Shown here: in pieces, positions 28,554 through 39,269 of the stretch | Numbering within the stretch: position 1 is the stretch's first letter | How the letters are laid out: each line of letters opens with the position of its first letter | Sequence record: PV400809.1 | Reading direction: 5' to 3' (one strand) | Length of the DNA: 64,000 nt | Program-made: the position numbers and the translations under genes | Notes under the pieces: model-generated | Told to the model about the DNA's origin: nothing | The model's input: the letters and a program-made list of their open reading frames with translations, nothing else | The model's database searches: none

Positions 28554-29066
28554 TCAGCTGTAGTAATTCTCACCGCCCAGTAGCAACAAGGTCCGCCCTA
28601 CATTGGAAGGACTGATACCGGACATTAGGCGATAGAGATCGTAGTCGTGGACGATGTAGCCGTCTTCCAGGAGCGGAAGCGGACTGCCCGTGGTTTGGGT
28701 TTGGCGGTAGGTCGCTTTACGTACTTTCGACGCACTCAGGAGTTTACGCTCCTCAATACGAAGCGACGTAATCAGCGAGTGGTGACCCATACGCCCATTG
28801 AGGTAATGAACAATGTCTTTGATCAATCCTGCAATAGGTCCACGGCCACTGTCGTAGTTGGCTTCCATGAACTGACGGAAACTGGGACCCACCAACCGAG
28901 TGACATCCCGAATGGTTTCAATGGCCACATGACCTTTGATGACCAATTCGAAATCACTGTACGCATCCTTCCGGAGGAGATTGAGGTTAGTAAAGGCCTC
29001 CGTCATCTCCGCATCCGTCAGCTTTGCGTTCACAAACCCATTGGGGGAGCGACGAAAACTATTCAT
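28554..29066 (-). CDS. hypothetical protein in head operon (170 aa)
   Basis: ATG at 29066 overlaps the stop of the upstream gene by 8 nt. Confidence 0.65.
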   Translation of the reverse strand: MNSFRRSPNGFVNAKLTDAEMTEAFTNLNLLRKDAYSDFELVIKGHVAIETIRDVTRLVGPSFRQFMEANYDSGRGPIAGLIKDIVHYLNGRMGHHSLITSLRIEERKLLSASKVRKATYRQTQTTGSPLPLLEDGYIVHDYDLYRLMSGISPSNVGRTLLLLGGENYYS

Positions 29067-29943
29067 AGCGTCTCTCGATGGTTTCAATGGTGTTAACGTT
29101 CTTGATGATCTCGTCCTGAAGCACCTCGATCTGACGATCGATTTCAGCATCGTTGACACCGTTCTTCATGTTCACGGCTTTCGAGATCTTCATGGCGAAG
29201 AGTTCGTTGTCCCGACGCATCTTCTCGATACGTGCAATGTTCAGGTTCATGTTCGCCAAACTGATCCAATACTTCGGATTCAGCAAATGGACCCCAAAGC
29301 CTCGCTTCAGGTAATCCGGAGCGGCTTTAGGGTCAGTGGCTTCCAGAACAGCCAACGAGGTTTCATTGACTTCCACGTCCGGAAGATCATCCAGACCCTC
29401 CAGGAGACGACGAGAGCCTTTCAGGAGGTCCAAGGTAACCGACTTGTAGAACTCCAGGGTCCCATTCACCAGTTTCAAGTCGGCCTTATCCAAGGCCTTC
29501 TCAGGGGTGGTGACCGACTGGTTGTTCAAGTCCAGCAGAACATTGTAGACCATATTGGTGTATTTCAACCAATACTCCATGTGTTCCATCAGGTTCAGGA
29601 TATTGACTTGACGCAAGGTCAGGAGCTTACCGTCCCAGACTTCGTCTTTATACCCATTCACCCGTTTCGTTAACTCGGGGACCAAACTGATAATCGTTTC
29701 ACACGATCCCCGGGTAGCACCCACCAAGCCTACACCCCGGTACCCGTTATTGTCCAGTTCACGAACAATACTCTTGGTAATCACCCACTGATTGATTTCA
29801 TGGCTCAAATCCACCTTATTCGCCACCATTCGTTCGAGGTTCGAAATCAGGTCGTTACTGGCCACCGTGAGGGTAGTGAGTTTGGTTATCAGTTCGTTCT
29901 TCTTGAACGTCTTAACACCCTTCACGTATTCAAAGATATTCAT
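29059..29943 (-). CDS. head / inner-body protein (phiKZ gp90-like, 294 aa)
   Basis: synteny after gp89-like gene; C-terminal coiled coil. Confidence 0.7.
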   Translation of the reverse strand: MNIFEYVKGVKTFKKNELITKLTTLTVASNDLISNLERMVANKVDLSHEINQWVITKSIVRELDNNGYRGVGLVGATRGSCETIISLVPELTKRVNGYKDEVWDGKLLTLRQVNILNLMEHMEYWLKYTNMVYNVLLDLNNQSVTTPEKALDKADLKLVNGTLEFYKSVTLDLLKGSRRLLEGLDDLPDVEVNETSLAVLEATDPKAAPDYLKRGFGVHLLNPKYWISLANMNLNIARIEKMRRDNELFAMKISKAVNMKNGVNDAEIDRQIEVLQDEIIKNVNTIETIERRYE

Positions 29944-31037
29944 TAGAGACCCCCGTTGAGCAATTTAACGAGATCTTGTAGCGTGTTCGCAGAGCCTTCT
30001 TTCTTGGACTTAACGGACAAGTCTCGACGTGTGTAAACTTCCGGCATGGTTTGACCATCGGTGTAGAACGTGAAAATACCCCGGTCATCATTCACGATAA
30101 CGAGGGTATTCGCCGAAATACTCTCGAAGATTTTTTCACGGCTAACCGGGTCCGCAAACTTACGACCGATTTCCAGTTCGAGCTGAGTCGCCGTATCCTG
30201 AGTGATGATGACCGTGTTCGCCATGGAGTTCATGCTAATGATACCCGTGCGAATCGCTTCCAGCTTATTCTGGGTATCCCGCTTCATGGCTTCCTTGTAA
30301 TACCCAGAGGTATCACCCATCTTCGCTTTAAAACGGGCTTTAACGATGTCACTACCATCAAACCACTGAGGCGTGGTGATCTCGCCACTCTTCTTCATGA
30401 TCCACCGCATCTTCAACCCTTCATCGGGTTTAGCGGCAGAGAAGAGGGTCACCAGGTTCTCATGGGTCACCGGGATCGGGATCTGACGGATAGTAAGGGG
30501 AACTTCGATCTTGTTACCATTCGCTCCGTAGAGCGTGGCGTTCACCACTTTACCCACCGCCAGGGGGGTGAACTCCATCAGTTCACTGTAGGTCTTGCCA
30601 TTGACTTGAACTTGGTTCGGGGTAGCCGGGTCTTTGGGTTTGATGTTGTTATCCATCGCTTCCAGTCCCGAGAAGAGACTCATCATCCCACCGCGGTTGG
30701 GACTGATGCTCCCGATGAGGTTCTCTACCTTAACCCCCACTTCCACGGAATTCTGCAACGCGAGGTGAGTCAGTGTTGCGGTAATATCCCGTAGGGTCAC
30801 CACTGTCATGAGATCCGGGGTGTATTCCTGGTGGATAAGGGACCCCTCAATGGCGACCATCGGATTCAAAATAGTGCGGGCTGCACTACGTTGTACCGAG
30901 CTCGTGGAAATCACATTGTATGAATGTTTGGCCCGGTCCGTTACTTGGGCCGCCGAGGCAATATCCTTGCTCTCAGGATACAGCTGCTTGGCGATGTCCA
31001 AGAAGAAGGAACCTAGAGACAATACTTGTCCTATCAT
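29943..31037 (-). CDS. head / inner-body protein (phiKZ gp89-like, 364 aa)
   Basis: synteny; FSGLEAMD processing site; PLAVGKVVNATL motif. Confidence 0.7.
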   Translation of the reverse strand: MIGQVLSLGSFFLDIAKQLYPESKDIASAAQVTDRAKHSYNVISTSSVQRSAARTILNPMVAIEGSLIHQEYTPDLMTVVTLRDITATLTHLALQNSVEVGVKVENLIGSISPNRGGMMSLFSGLEAMDNNIKPKDPATPNQVQVNGKTYSELMEFTPLAVGKVVNATLYGANGNKIEVPLTIRQIPIPVTHENLVTLFSAAKPDEGLKMRWIMKKSGEITTPQWFDGSDIVKARFKAKMGDTSGYYKEAMKRDTQNKLEAIRTGIISMNSMANTVIITQDTATQLELEIGRKFADPVSREKIFESISANTLVIVNDDRGIFTFYTDGQTMPEVYTRRDLSVKSKKEGSANTLQDLVKLLNGGL

Positions 31038-31070
31038 GATAAACCCCTGATCACTTTAAGGTAATAAACA

Positions 31071-32144
31071 ATGGCTGAAGACCCGAATAATTACGACGCT
31101 TGGTTGGACAGAACACCTGGGAATACGCCACCCGGCAGAGAAGTCACGAAAGAAACCATCCTGGAATGGTGGAATTACGCGTTCCGTGAGAATGGCGGTC
31201 CTGGTTTTGATAACGCCTTGACAAACCTGTTACGTGGATTTCGTATTCTAGGGCCTGGCAATCAGTTAGCGCCCATCCCAGACGACACCATAGGATTAGC
31301 GTTTATGTCGCGTCCCATGCTGAATCTGTCGGATGAGAATGTAATCCTCCATCCTCAATTGGTCTCCTTGTACCGTCCTCAACGGAACAGTTTGAACGCG
31401 TACGTAAAAGGGTTACTGGATCCGGTTTGGGGAGCGGCGAATGCGAATGATGTTACTCCCCTGGATCCCTTGAACCCCTGGATACCTCCCGCAACGAACT
31501 TTCTTAAAGTCAGTTCAGGGTTTCCTGATCTTTCGTTACCGTCGGGCAAAAGTGAACCTGGGTTCCGTAAAGAAGTGTATGCGTGGGTCGATGGGGTCTT
31601 GAAAGTCAACTACGACTATACCCTAAGACAAACCTATCACGGTATTAAACACAACGTATTGGCGTATATGTACGAAGTGTGGGTTCACTACATTGAAGCG
31701 GTGACCCTCGGGGATGAAGGGATGGAACCGTACCCCAATGCGTTGTTCCAGAACTATAAGGACTACACCACCCGTATTTACCACCTCATCATGAACAAGA
31801 ACATGCGGAATATCGAATGGATCTTCTGCTGTGGGGGTGGGTGGCCTACGACCTTCCCGTCGGGGGCGTACAGTACCATTGACCGTACTCAGAACAGTCT
31901 GAGGGGTCAAGGGGTTGATGAACTGGATATCTCCTTTGATTGTCAGGGATTCCGGTTTAACAATATCCAAATTGCAGATGCCTTTAACCGTACTACGTTG
32001 AGGGTCAACCCTAACCTGCACCCTCGGGTCAGGAATCAGTATTACTACAAACTTCCGTTCAGGGAACGGTACTTGTCGGGTTACGGCTCGTATCCCTGGA
32101 TTAACCTGGCGACTATGGAACTGGAATTGTGGGGTAAACGCTAA
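31071..32144 (+). CDS. tail/baseplate protein (phiKZ gp88-like, 357 aa)
   Basis: AAGGT SD; FMSRPMLNLS and DYTTRIYHLIM motifs; paired with gp87-like gene on the plus strand. Confidence 0.7.
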   Translation: MAEDPNNYDAWLDRTPGNTPPGREVTKETILEWWNYAFRENGGPGFDNALTNLLRGFRILGPGNQLAPIPDDTIGLAFMSRPMLNLSDENVILHPQLVSLYRPQRNSLNAYVKGLLDPVWGAANANDVTPLDPLNPWIPPATNFLKVSSGFPDLSLPSGKSEPGFRKEVYAWVDGVLKVNYDYTLRQTYHGIKHNVLAYMYEVWVHYIEAVTLGDEGMEPYPNALFQNYKDYTTRIYHLIMNKNMRNIEWIFCCGGGWPTTFPSGAYSTIDRTQNSLRGQGVDELDISFDCQGFRFNNIQIADAFNRTTLRVNPNLHPRVRNQYYYKLPFRERYLSGYGSYPWINLATMELELWGKR

Positions 32145-35074
32145 TGGCTATTAGTCAAGATGAATTGGAACGTATTGCAAACAACCCCATTCGGGGTATT
32201 AACCTCGTTGTGAATGAGATCGAGAATAACTGGTTCAATGGGACCGTTAAACTCAACAGTAAGAGTCACCCCTTTGTCCTGGCCATGGATTTGATCCTAG
32301 GTACCTCGCACGGCTTCATTAACCGCCTCTTGGATGTCAACAGCCGTAAGTTCCTGCTGCACGCTCGGAATGTCAGTGAGCTGAGCATGAACATGTCGGA
32401 TGAAGAGCGGTTTGGGTTGTTTGCGAATCCCTCGACTTCAGTGATGATTCTCACCATGGATATTGAGAACTTCTTGAAAATTGCTGTGGATCGTCGGCAA
32501 ACCGTCGGTAAGAACACCGTGGTCTATAAAGAGATCCTCGTACCCAAGGATACCATCTTGAATGTCAACGGATATGACTTCTGGGTCGTCAATGGGATAC
32601 GGATCCAGTACAACGAACGGAATGGGTGGAAGATCGTTTACGACGACAGTTCGCCTAACCCCTTTATTCCTATTTCCACGAACCTCTTGGACCGTACCTT
32701 CAAACAAGTGGATAACCGTCGGTATGTGATGGTATCGATTCCCGTGGCTCAATTGAGCTGTAAGGCCACAGAGAATCTCACGTCTAACGAAGCCTCTGGC
32801 TGTCGGGGGATTATTGAGTACACGGACAACCTGTATGGGGTTCGTGCGATGTTGCAACGGAATGGGGAACTGAAAGAGATCCGGGTGTCCTACGACCAAG
32901 ATGTCTTTGATCCGTTGAATGTAACCCTAGCCCTCAGTATCGATACCGTGAATAAACGGTTCTCGTATGAGATCCCAGATGTGTACATTACGTCAGGGAA
33001 TGACATTGGTCGGGGTATTATCAACATCTACACGTATACCACCAAAGGGGCGTTAACCAAAGACCTTACCACGGTGTCCCCGATGGACATTAAACCCGCC
33101 TATCGGGACTATCGGTATGGGTCTGATAAGTTGGATCCCTATTCAGTCCCTCTGGTGAATGCGGGGGGTATTGCCTGGAAGATGGATGCGATTGTCTCGG
33201 GTGGTACAGATCCTATTCCCTTTACGGAAATTAAACAACGGGTAATTGATGGTCGTCAACAACGCACCCTCCCGATCACTGAAAACAACCTGAAAGGAGC
33301 GGCAGAGAACCGCGGGTACAGTTCGGTTAAGGTCATTGACTACATGACGAAGCGTTCCTTTGCATTAACGAAGGAATTGCCTATTCAGGATAACAAAGGC
33401 TTCTACGCGCCGATGGCGTGTTACGTGGGAAGCTATTTGGCGTCAGTCGAAGACCTGGTGGCTAGCGGGGTGGTATTGGACAACGGGGAACGGGTGACTA
33501 TTCCTCACAATGTGTTGTTCAACATCAATAAGCCCACCAGTGTTCTGGTGAACAAGTTGACTCGGGATGCCTACTTCAACATGACCCCTGAACAGCAGGT
33601 GGACATGATGGCGGAGAATACCCTGGTATATACCCCTTTCTACTACGTGCTGGATACCACGAACAAGCAAGCCGTCCTCAGGACCTATCATTTGGACTCT
33701 CCGATGATTCGGTATCAAACCTTTGTGGACGACAACGCGGCATTGGGTCTGGAACTGGGAGTGGGGCAAATCACCATTGAACACCGAGAAACCGGGTATC
33801 TCATTACCTTGGTGACTCAATCGGGGGATTCGTATAAGGAACTGCCGAATACCAGCGTGGGGGTCCAACTGTCCATTAACCCGCTGGACAGTAACAGTCT
33901 GGCCAGTGTAGCTGGTAAACTGGTGGGTGTGCTGCCCAATAAGGAACGGGTCTGGGAGTTCACCTTAAACACCCAGTTTGATGTGGATGTGGCGGACGTC
34001 TTGTACTTTACTAACTTCTGGCAGTTTGGAAGTCAGCAGAGTAAGACCGGCAGTGAACTGACCACAGATGTTACCTTTATCTTTACCCGCGCGGGGGATA
34101 AAGAGGTGACTCAGTCTCAAATCGATGACAAGATTGATGAGACCATCTTTGATATCCCGATGGTGGGGGTGATTGAAACCCATTACAAAGTTGAGTTCGG
34201 TCGTCGGTTGGGTAACCTGTACAGTCGGATTCGTCCCCTGGTGGGTGAAGCCCAGTACAAGCACTACGAAGCGGATGTCCCGGAACGGTATGAGACTACC
34301 CAGGTGAAACGGGAGAATGGTCAGATTGTGTTCGACAGTGAAGGGAAACCAGTGATCGAACATAAGGCGGGTGACATCGTCTATAACCCGGATGGTACAA
34401 TGCGGTTGCTGTACCGGAGGGGGATTGATATCGTTTACGAGAATGGTGTTCCGGTTGAGTTGGAACCCCGTAAGCTGAAGTACTATTGGGACTTCATTGC
34501 CTTCGATGCGAACTATCAGTTCAGCAAAGACGAATATGATATCCAATTTGCTAAATACACGAAGGACTTCTTTGTCAACGGTATTAACCAAGACATGCTG
34601 GCCTTTAGCTCGGAAGCGATTGACCAGACCGACCTGTTCTACCAACCTCGGAGTAAGCTGGGGTATCAGCGGGTGGTGATTAACAGTAACTATGAATCCA
34701 CCCTTCGGCAGGATCTGGCGTTCTCGGTCACCTACTACCTCACGGAAAATGGCTACCGTAACCCCAACCTACGTGCAGCCTTGGAGGAGAGCACTCCTCG
34801 CCAACTCAATATGGCGTTGTTTGATAAGACAACAGTCAGTACCTTAGACCTTGCAGAAGCCTTAAAGGAGAATGTGAGTGAAGAGGTGGTGAGTGTTAAG
34901 TTGAGTGCGTTTGCGGGCGACAGTACCGTGGATGTCATCAGTAACTTGGATGACCTCACCGGGTTCAGTATTCGTAAACGACTCGCCTTAACCAGCGATG
35001 GACTGGTATCGATACAGGAAGCCATTGATATCATCTTCCAACCCCATGACGTCAGAATGACGACCACCATTTAA
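32144..35074 (+). CDS. baseplate wedge protein (phiKZ gp87-like, T4 gp6/baseplate J-like, 976 aa)
   Basis: size; VSGGTDPIPFTEIKQRVI motif; synteny. Confidence 0.7.
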   Translation: MAISQDELERIANNPIRGINLVVNEIENNWFNGTVKLNSKSHPFVLAMDLILGTSHGFINRLLDVNSRKFLLHARNVSELSMNMSDEERFGLFANPSTSVMILTMDIENFLKIAVDRRQTVGKNTVVYKEILVPKDTILNVNGYDFWVVNGIRIQYNERNGWKIVYDDSSPNPFIPISTNLLDRTFKQVDNRRYVMVSIPVAQLSCKATENLTSNEASGCRGIIEYTDNLYGVRAMLQRNGELKEIRVSYDQDVFDPLNVTLALSIDTVNKRFSYEIPDVYITSGNDIGRGIINIYTYTTKGALTKDLTTVSPMDIKPAYRDYRYGSDKLDPYSVPLVNAGGIAWKMDAIVSGGTDPIPFTEIKQRVIDGRQQRTLPITENNLKGAAENRGYSSVKVIDYMTKRSFALTKELPIQDNKGFYAPMACYVGSYLASVEDLVASGVVLDNGERVTIPHNVLFNINKPTSVLVNKLTRDAYFNMTPEQQVDMMAENTLVYTPFYYVLDTTNKQAVLRTYHLDSPMIRYQTFVDDNAALGLELGVGQITIEHRETGYLITLVTQSGDSYKELPNTSVGVQLSINPLDSNSLASVAGKLVGVLPNKERVWEFTLNTQFDVDVADVLYFTNFWQFGSQQSKTGSELTTDVTFIFTRAGDKEVTQSQIDDKIDETIFDIPMVGVIETHYKVEFGRRLGNLYSRIRPLVGEAQYKHYEADVPERYETTQVKRENGQIVFDSEGKPVIEHKAGDIVYNPDGTMRLLYRRGIDIVYENGVPVELEPRKLKYYWDFIAFDANYQFSKDEYDIQFAKYTKDFFVNGINQDMLAFSSEAIDQTDLFYQPRSKLGYQRVVINSNYESTLRQDLAFSVTYYLTENGYRNPNLRAALEESTPRQLNMALFDKTTVSTLDLAEALKENVSEEVVSVKLSAFAGDSTVDVISNLDDLTGFSIRKRLALTSDGLVSIQEAIDIIFQPHDVRMTTTI

Positions 35075-35080
35075 GACGTA

Positions 35081-35120
35081 TACCCCTACCCACTCCCCGT
35101 TAAGGGAGTGGGTAGGGGTA
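35081..35120. terminator. 17-bp bidirectional hairpin between convergent genes
   Basis: TACCCCTACCCACTCCC-cgttaa-GGGAGTGGGTAGGGGTA; core identical to 9257-9290. Confidence 0.85.
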
Positions 35121-35128
35121 CCTTTACG

Positions 35129-35860
35129 TTACTCGGTGTCTTTAGAGGGAAGATTACCTTCAATCAACTCGTCCAAGAAACACGAGAACAACTTAGCCAA
35201 CCGCACCCGAACACCGAGTTGTTGGGTGTAGTAATCGATACCGGCCAGAGATTGCTCTTTGATCGAAGAGGGTGAGAGGTAATACTGGTAGAAGTTCTCC
35301 TTGACCTGCTTCAATTCGAAGTCATAGTCATCCAGAAGGAGGTAATCCCCGTCATCCACACAGCGGGCTTGATCACGCAGTTGAGTCCAACAGGTAATCT
35401 CGCCATCTGCGACCTTCTCTTTCCCTTCGAAAAACCCGTTAGCGAAGTATTCAAAGAACCGGGCGGGTTCCTTACGGAGTTCGTTGTACTTCTCCAGGGC
35501 GACGGGGTCATTCAGGTCCGCTCGGTTAATAGACGAGAACACCTGTTCCAGTCGACCCCCGATCCTGGGGAACGCCACCGCAAAGAAGGCCTTGGTAGCT
35601 CCCAAAGCCAGGATATAACCAGCCTGCTCACCCAACGACGTGCAGAGGATAATACCTCCGTTGTCCTTAGGGAACTGAGCCGTAACACGAACTTTCATTT
35701 TTTCCGCCTGTTCACCAGACCAGTACCGGTCAATGATGGCGTAAGCGGCTTCAGGTCCTATCCCTTCTTTCAGCAGAGCGAGGTCGTCCTCACTGGTCTT
35801 ACGGATCAATTCCAGTTCGTGCAGGGCTTTAATACCCAGTTCACACACTTCACGATTCAT
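35129..35860 (-). CDS. probable virion head protein (243 aa)
   Basis: ATGA overlap at 35860 with GGAG SD. Confidence 0.65.
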   Translation of the reverse strand: MNREVCELGIKALHELELIRKTSEDDLALLKEGIGPEAAYAIIDRYWSGEQAEKMKVRVTAQFPKDNGGIILCTSLGEQAGYILALGATKAFFAVAFPRIGGRLEQVFSSINRADLNDPVALEKYNELRKEPARFFEYFANGFFEGKEKVADGEITCWTQLRDQARCVDDGDYLLLDDYDFELKQVKENFYQYYLSPSSIKEQSLAGIDYYTQQLGVRVRLAKLFSCFLDELIEGNLPSKDTE

Positions 35861-37374
35861 ACGGGTCTCCCCCATCCAGTTTGTCGTGCCAAGGCATTGT
35901 ACTTGGAACGAAGCTCACCAATGTCGTTTTCAATCACGATTTTCATCGTCCCACTCATCTTCTCCAGGAAGGTCTTTGCATCCGCTTCCGGAATAAAATC
36001 CAACGCCAATGTCGGATAACCCTCCGCATTCGCCACAGGAGAGTGCCCCGCCTCGCGAGCTTGGATATTGATTTCACGAAGCTTTTCAATGTCATCCAGC
36101 AGACCATGGTAATACCACATGTGAGAACGGTGATACCAACCCACCAACGCTGCTACTTGGTTTTCAACCGCCAACAGCTGACTGGTTACAGATTGGCAAT
36201 ATTGGCTGAAGTTACGCATGGCAACCGCCACGCCCTGGTAATCACTGAGGAGTCCAGGGACTTGGTAGTATCCCGCAATGCTCTTGACCTTCTCGGCATC
36301 GGTTACATCCACCAGATTACCCAACTCACTCAGACGAATCCGAGACATGTCGATCGCCTTATCCGAGATCGTCATATACGCCGCGTTGAGCTGCTGAACG
36401 AGGTCCATGATCACCGGAGTGTTCACCCGGGTCAACTTCACCCGTTGAGCCTGAATGTTCTCTTTAAGGGTCTCCCGGACGGTATGGAACCCTTCATTCA
36501 ACGCCTCGTTTTCGAACTTCACCTTGTAGAGGGTTTCCAGGAGCTGACCGATTTGTTCTACTAAACCATCCGGTTTAACGAAGGTCAGGGTTTCCAACAC
36601 CGCTTTCTGGACTCGGTTAACCTCAGGGGAGTTCGCACCGTCTACGTACTCTCGGAGGTGAGCTCGACCCCGGGTAGCGTTGTATTCGTTACGGATGGTC
36701 CTTTTAAGGTTTTCAGACGCACGTATTGCTTTGTCGGAAGCCTCCGTTAGTTTACCGATAATTTGTTCGAAGAGTGGGAAGACTTTACGAAGGGCCTCGA
36801 TGCTCTCTTCATCGGTTTCGAACTTTGTGCGGAGGATCGTCAGTTGACCAATGCGGTCAGTGGCATTAGGGAACTCCCCAATGAACTTCTCCAGGTTGTA
36901 ATTCGCCCCTGGGAAGCCCAGACCGTTCAAGGTCTGACGGAACTCCTCCCGGAGGTTCTCAAAGGAGTCATTAATCGCCTGGTTAATACGCGCGCTCTTA
37001 CGGAAGCCCAGGAGACCTTTAATGTGTTCCATAACCCATTTAAAGGCCATCTTGATGTACTTGATGATCCCTTCAATGAACTTTTTGAACCCTTCCGTAA
37101 TGGTAGAGATAAACCCTTCCGCTCCCATTACAGCATTACGCTCCGTTGGGAAAGGATCCATTTCGTACGCATTCTTCAGTTTGAGTTGGATAGCAATGTC
37201 CCGAGAGAAGCGATTGAGCGCGAGGCTCTCACTCCCTTGGACCATGGCGTCCACCACGGGTTGACCGGTTTCTTCGTAGTACTCGTCCAGATCAATGAGT
37301 TGTTTATCATCACCTGGGAGCACGCCGTCAACCGGATCACTCAATTGGAAATACGAACTCACCGGATTACTCAT
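35857..37374 (-). CDS. internal head protein paralog (505 aa)
   Basis: GSE and GAE-GFISTITEGFKKFIEGIIKYIK signature. Confidence 0.8.
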   Translation of the reverse strand: MSNPVSSYFQLSDPVDGVLPGDDKQLIDLDEYYEETGQPVVDAMVQGSESLALNRFSRDIAIQLKLKNAYEMDPFPTERNAVMGAEGFISTITEGFKKFIEGIIKYIKMAFKWVMEHIKGLLGFRKSARINQAINDSFENLREEFRQTLNGLGFPGANYNLEKFIGEFPNATDRIGQLTILRTKFETDEESIEALRKVFPLFEQIIGKLTEASDKAIRASENLKRTIRNEYNATRGRAHLREYVDGANSPEVNRVQKAVLETLTFVKPDGLVEQIGQLLETLYKVKFENEALNEGFHTVRETLKENIQAQRVKLTRVNTPVIMDLVQQLNAAYMTISDKAIDMSRIRLSELGNLVDVTDAEKVKSIAGYYQVPGLLSDYQGVAVAMRNFSQYCQSVTSQLLAVENQVAALVGWYHRSHMWYYHGLLDDIEKLREINIQAREAGHSPVANAEGYPTLALDFIPEADAKTFLEKMSGTMKIVIENDIGELRSKYNALARQTGWGRPV

Positions 37375-37813
37375 TGCCTTTCACCAATTCATTGTAGAGG
37401 AAATGAACCAGCTCACAGAACAGATCATTGTCCGTGGCGTCGAGTTTATCCACCGTGGTATCGCCCGACTCGGGACAGGTGCGTTTCACATCCAGATACA
37501 CATCGAATTCCGCATTACCGGGCGTTTTACCTTCTTTCATCAGACAGCCGCGAATACGGGTCAGACGGAGTTTAACCGATTCCACAATGAAGGAAGCATT
37601 AATCGGATACACTGAATTCCACTTATCGAGCTGCACCCAGATGCTATTCTCTTCGTCTTCTCCCAGGGTGAAACTGTCCTGGGAACGAGCATGGCGCTTG
37701 AGAATGGCGCGGATGTAGGCTTCCTGGCAGGCTGTGTTCAACGCATACGGGCAGGTAACCCCTTGACTGGTAAGATAACCCCGGTAATCGTTTACATGGG
37801 CGAGGTGAGACAT
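37367..37813 (-). CDS. hypothetical protein (148 aa)
   Basis: GGAG SD; 8-nt overlap with the downstream gene. Confidence 0.7.
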   Translation of the reverse strand: MSHLAHVNDYRGYLTSQGVTCPYALNTACQEAYIRAILKRHARSQDSFTLGEDEENSIWVQLDKWNSVYPINASFIVESVKLRLTRIRGCLMKEGKTPGNAEFDVYLDVKRTCPESGDTTVDKLDATDNDLFCELVHFLYNELVKGNE

Positions 37814-37823
37814 TATAAACTCC

Positions 37824-39185
37824 TTAGAGCGTCTTCAGTTGACTGGACAAGACTGCCAGTTCATGGTTATTAAGGGATTGAGTAAAGTGTTCGATTTCTT
37901 GCTTACGGAAATCGCTGCCTGAGAAAATCCAACCAATAAAGCGATAGAGGACGGTGTTGTCGTACCAGGGTTTAAGTTTCTTAACCGCTTCCAGGGCTTT
38001 GGTGATGTCATCAATCAACCGCACCCGTTCCTCACCGGGAACGGTTTTACTGGCTTTCAGTTTAGCAATCAATTGGCGCAGGGCATCTTCCATACGGCGG
38101 TGGTCGGAATTGTAGGCACCGGAATACCCGGCTTGGAAATACGCAAAGGCTGAACTGAGGGCAAAGACCCCCCACAACATACCCCCCAGCGCCGAGGTTC
38201 CCCCGGTAACAATGATGGTGACAGCGGCTGTAGGCCAAAACAAGAAGAGGGTTGCAACGGCACCGAACAGGAAGGTCTCTGTCGCAATGGTAAAGACACC
38301 ACGGTCCACCAAAGCACTGATCCCAGCGATCACTTCCTTACTGAAGCCCATACGAATGGCGTACATATCCGCAATCACTTCACTGGTCATCTCGGGAACC
38401 CCAACAGACAGTGACCGACGACTGTTCCGTTGAGAGAGCAGTTTGGTGTAGTACAGGAGGTAGTTCTCTTCATCTTCCTGGGTGGCAAAGCTTTTCAATT
38501 CCTCCAATTTGGCTTCTGGGACATCCAGAATAGCAGCGGTGTCTTTCAGGATAATCACCCGTTCTTCTGCTTTGGTGGCTTTACGGTACTGATCCAAGCC
38601 TGCTCGGGCTACCAGGTTGTCTTCCAGGTGAGTCAGCAGGAGTGCGCACCCCCCAAAGGCATGTCCCAGTTCGTGAGCGATACCGCCTGCTAGCGCACCT
38701 CCCATGGAGACTTTCCATTTGGTGATCTTATCCAACGGGAAGAACTGATGCAGGTTGACGTTGATCCCAATAGTCAAGGGAACGTCTTGGAACGAACCGG
38801 TCACTTTACCGGAGCGGTAATCAACACCTCCTTTAAAGATCTTGTTCTTGTTCTCCACAAACCACCGATACAGGGTAGTCTTAGAGGCTGGAATCAACAC
38901 ATCAGTACCCGTGTTGTTCAGAACATGGTTCGGGGAGAAATACCCCGCGTCGATGTACAGGTTACCACTGTCGTTCAACTCCAGCTTTATGTTGCTAAAG
39001 CCAGTGTGTTTCTTAATGAGTCCCAGTACGTCCACTTGGCAGTCAGGGGACAACACCACCCGCTTATCGGTAATCGTAATGTATTGATCCAAGCAAGCGG
39101 TTAATTCGTCTTTAAAGGTAGCATTCTGGAACTCAATGAACTCCGTACCCGCTACCTTTCGGGTAATAAAACTCATGTCCAACAT
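37824..39185 (-). CDS. virion head protein with zincin HExxH motif and hydrophobic segments (phiKZ gp84-like, 453 aa)
   Basis: IAHELGHAF plus downstream EVIADMYA; long hydrophobic stretch. Confidence 0.75.
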   Translation of the reverse strand: MLDMSFITRKVAGTEFIEFQNATFKDELTACLDQYITITDKRVVLSPDCQVDVLGLIKKHTGFSNIKLELNDSGNLYIDAGYFSPNHVLNNTGTDVLIPASKTTLYRWFVENKNKIFKGGVDYRSGKVTGSFQDVPLTIGINVNLHQFFPLDKITKWKVSMGGALAGGIAHELGHAFGGCALLLTHLEDNLVARAGLDQYRKATKAEERVIILKDTAAILDVPEAKLEELKSFATQEDEENYLLYYTKLLSQRNSRRSLSVGVPEMTSEVIADMYAIRMGFSKEVIAGISALVDRGVFTIATETFLFGAVATLFLFWPTAAVTIIVTGGTSALGGMLWGVFALSSAFAYFQAGYSGAYNSDHRRMEDALRQLIAKLKASKTVPGEERVRLIDDITKALEAVKKLKPWYDNTVLYRFIGWIFSGSDFRKQEIEHFTQSLNNHELAVLSSQLKTL

Positions 39186-39248
39186 TAACGGGTTACTCCT
39201 ACTGTAAATACCGACCTATACCCCTATTGGTATAGTCTCCAAAGCAAT

Positions 39249-39257
39249 CATAAAATG
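39249..39257 (-). promoter_or_regulatory. candidate late promoter CATTTTATG
   Basis: same 9-mer as upstream of MCP; 64 nt before the gp84-like start. Confidence 0.5.
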
Positions 39258-39269
39258 CAGGGTTAAGGA

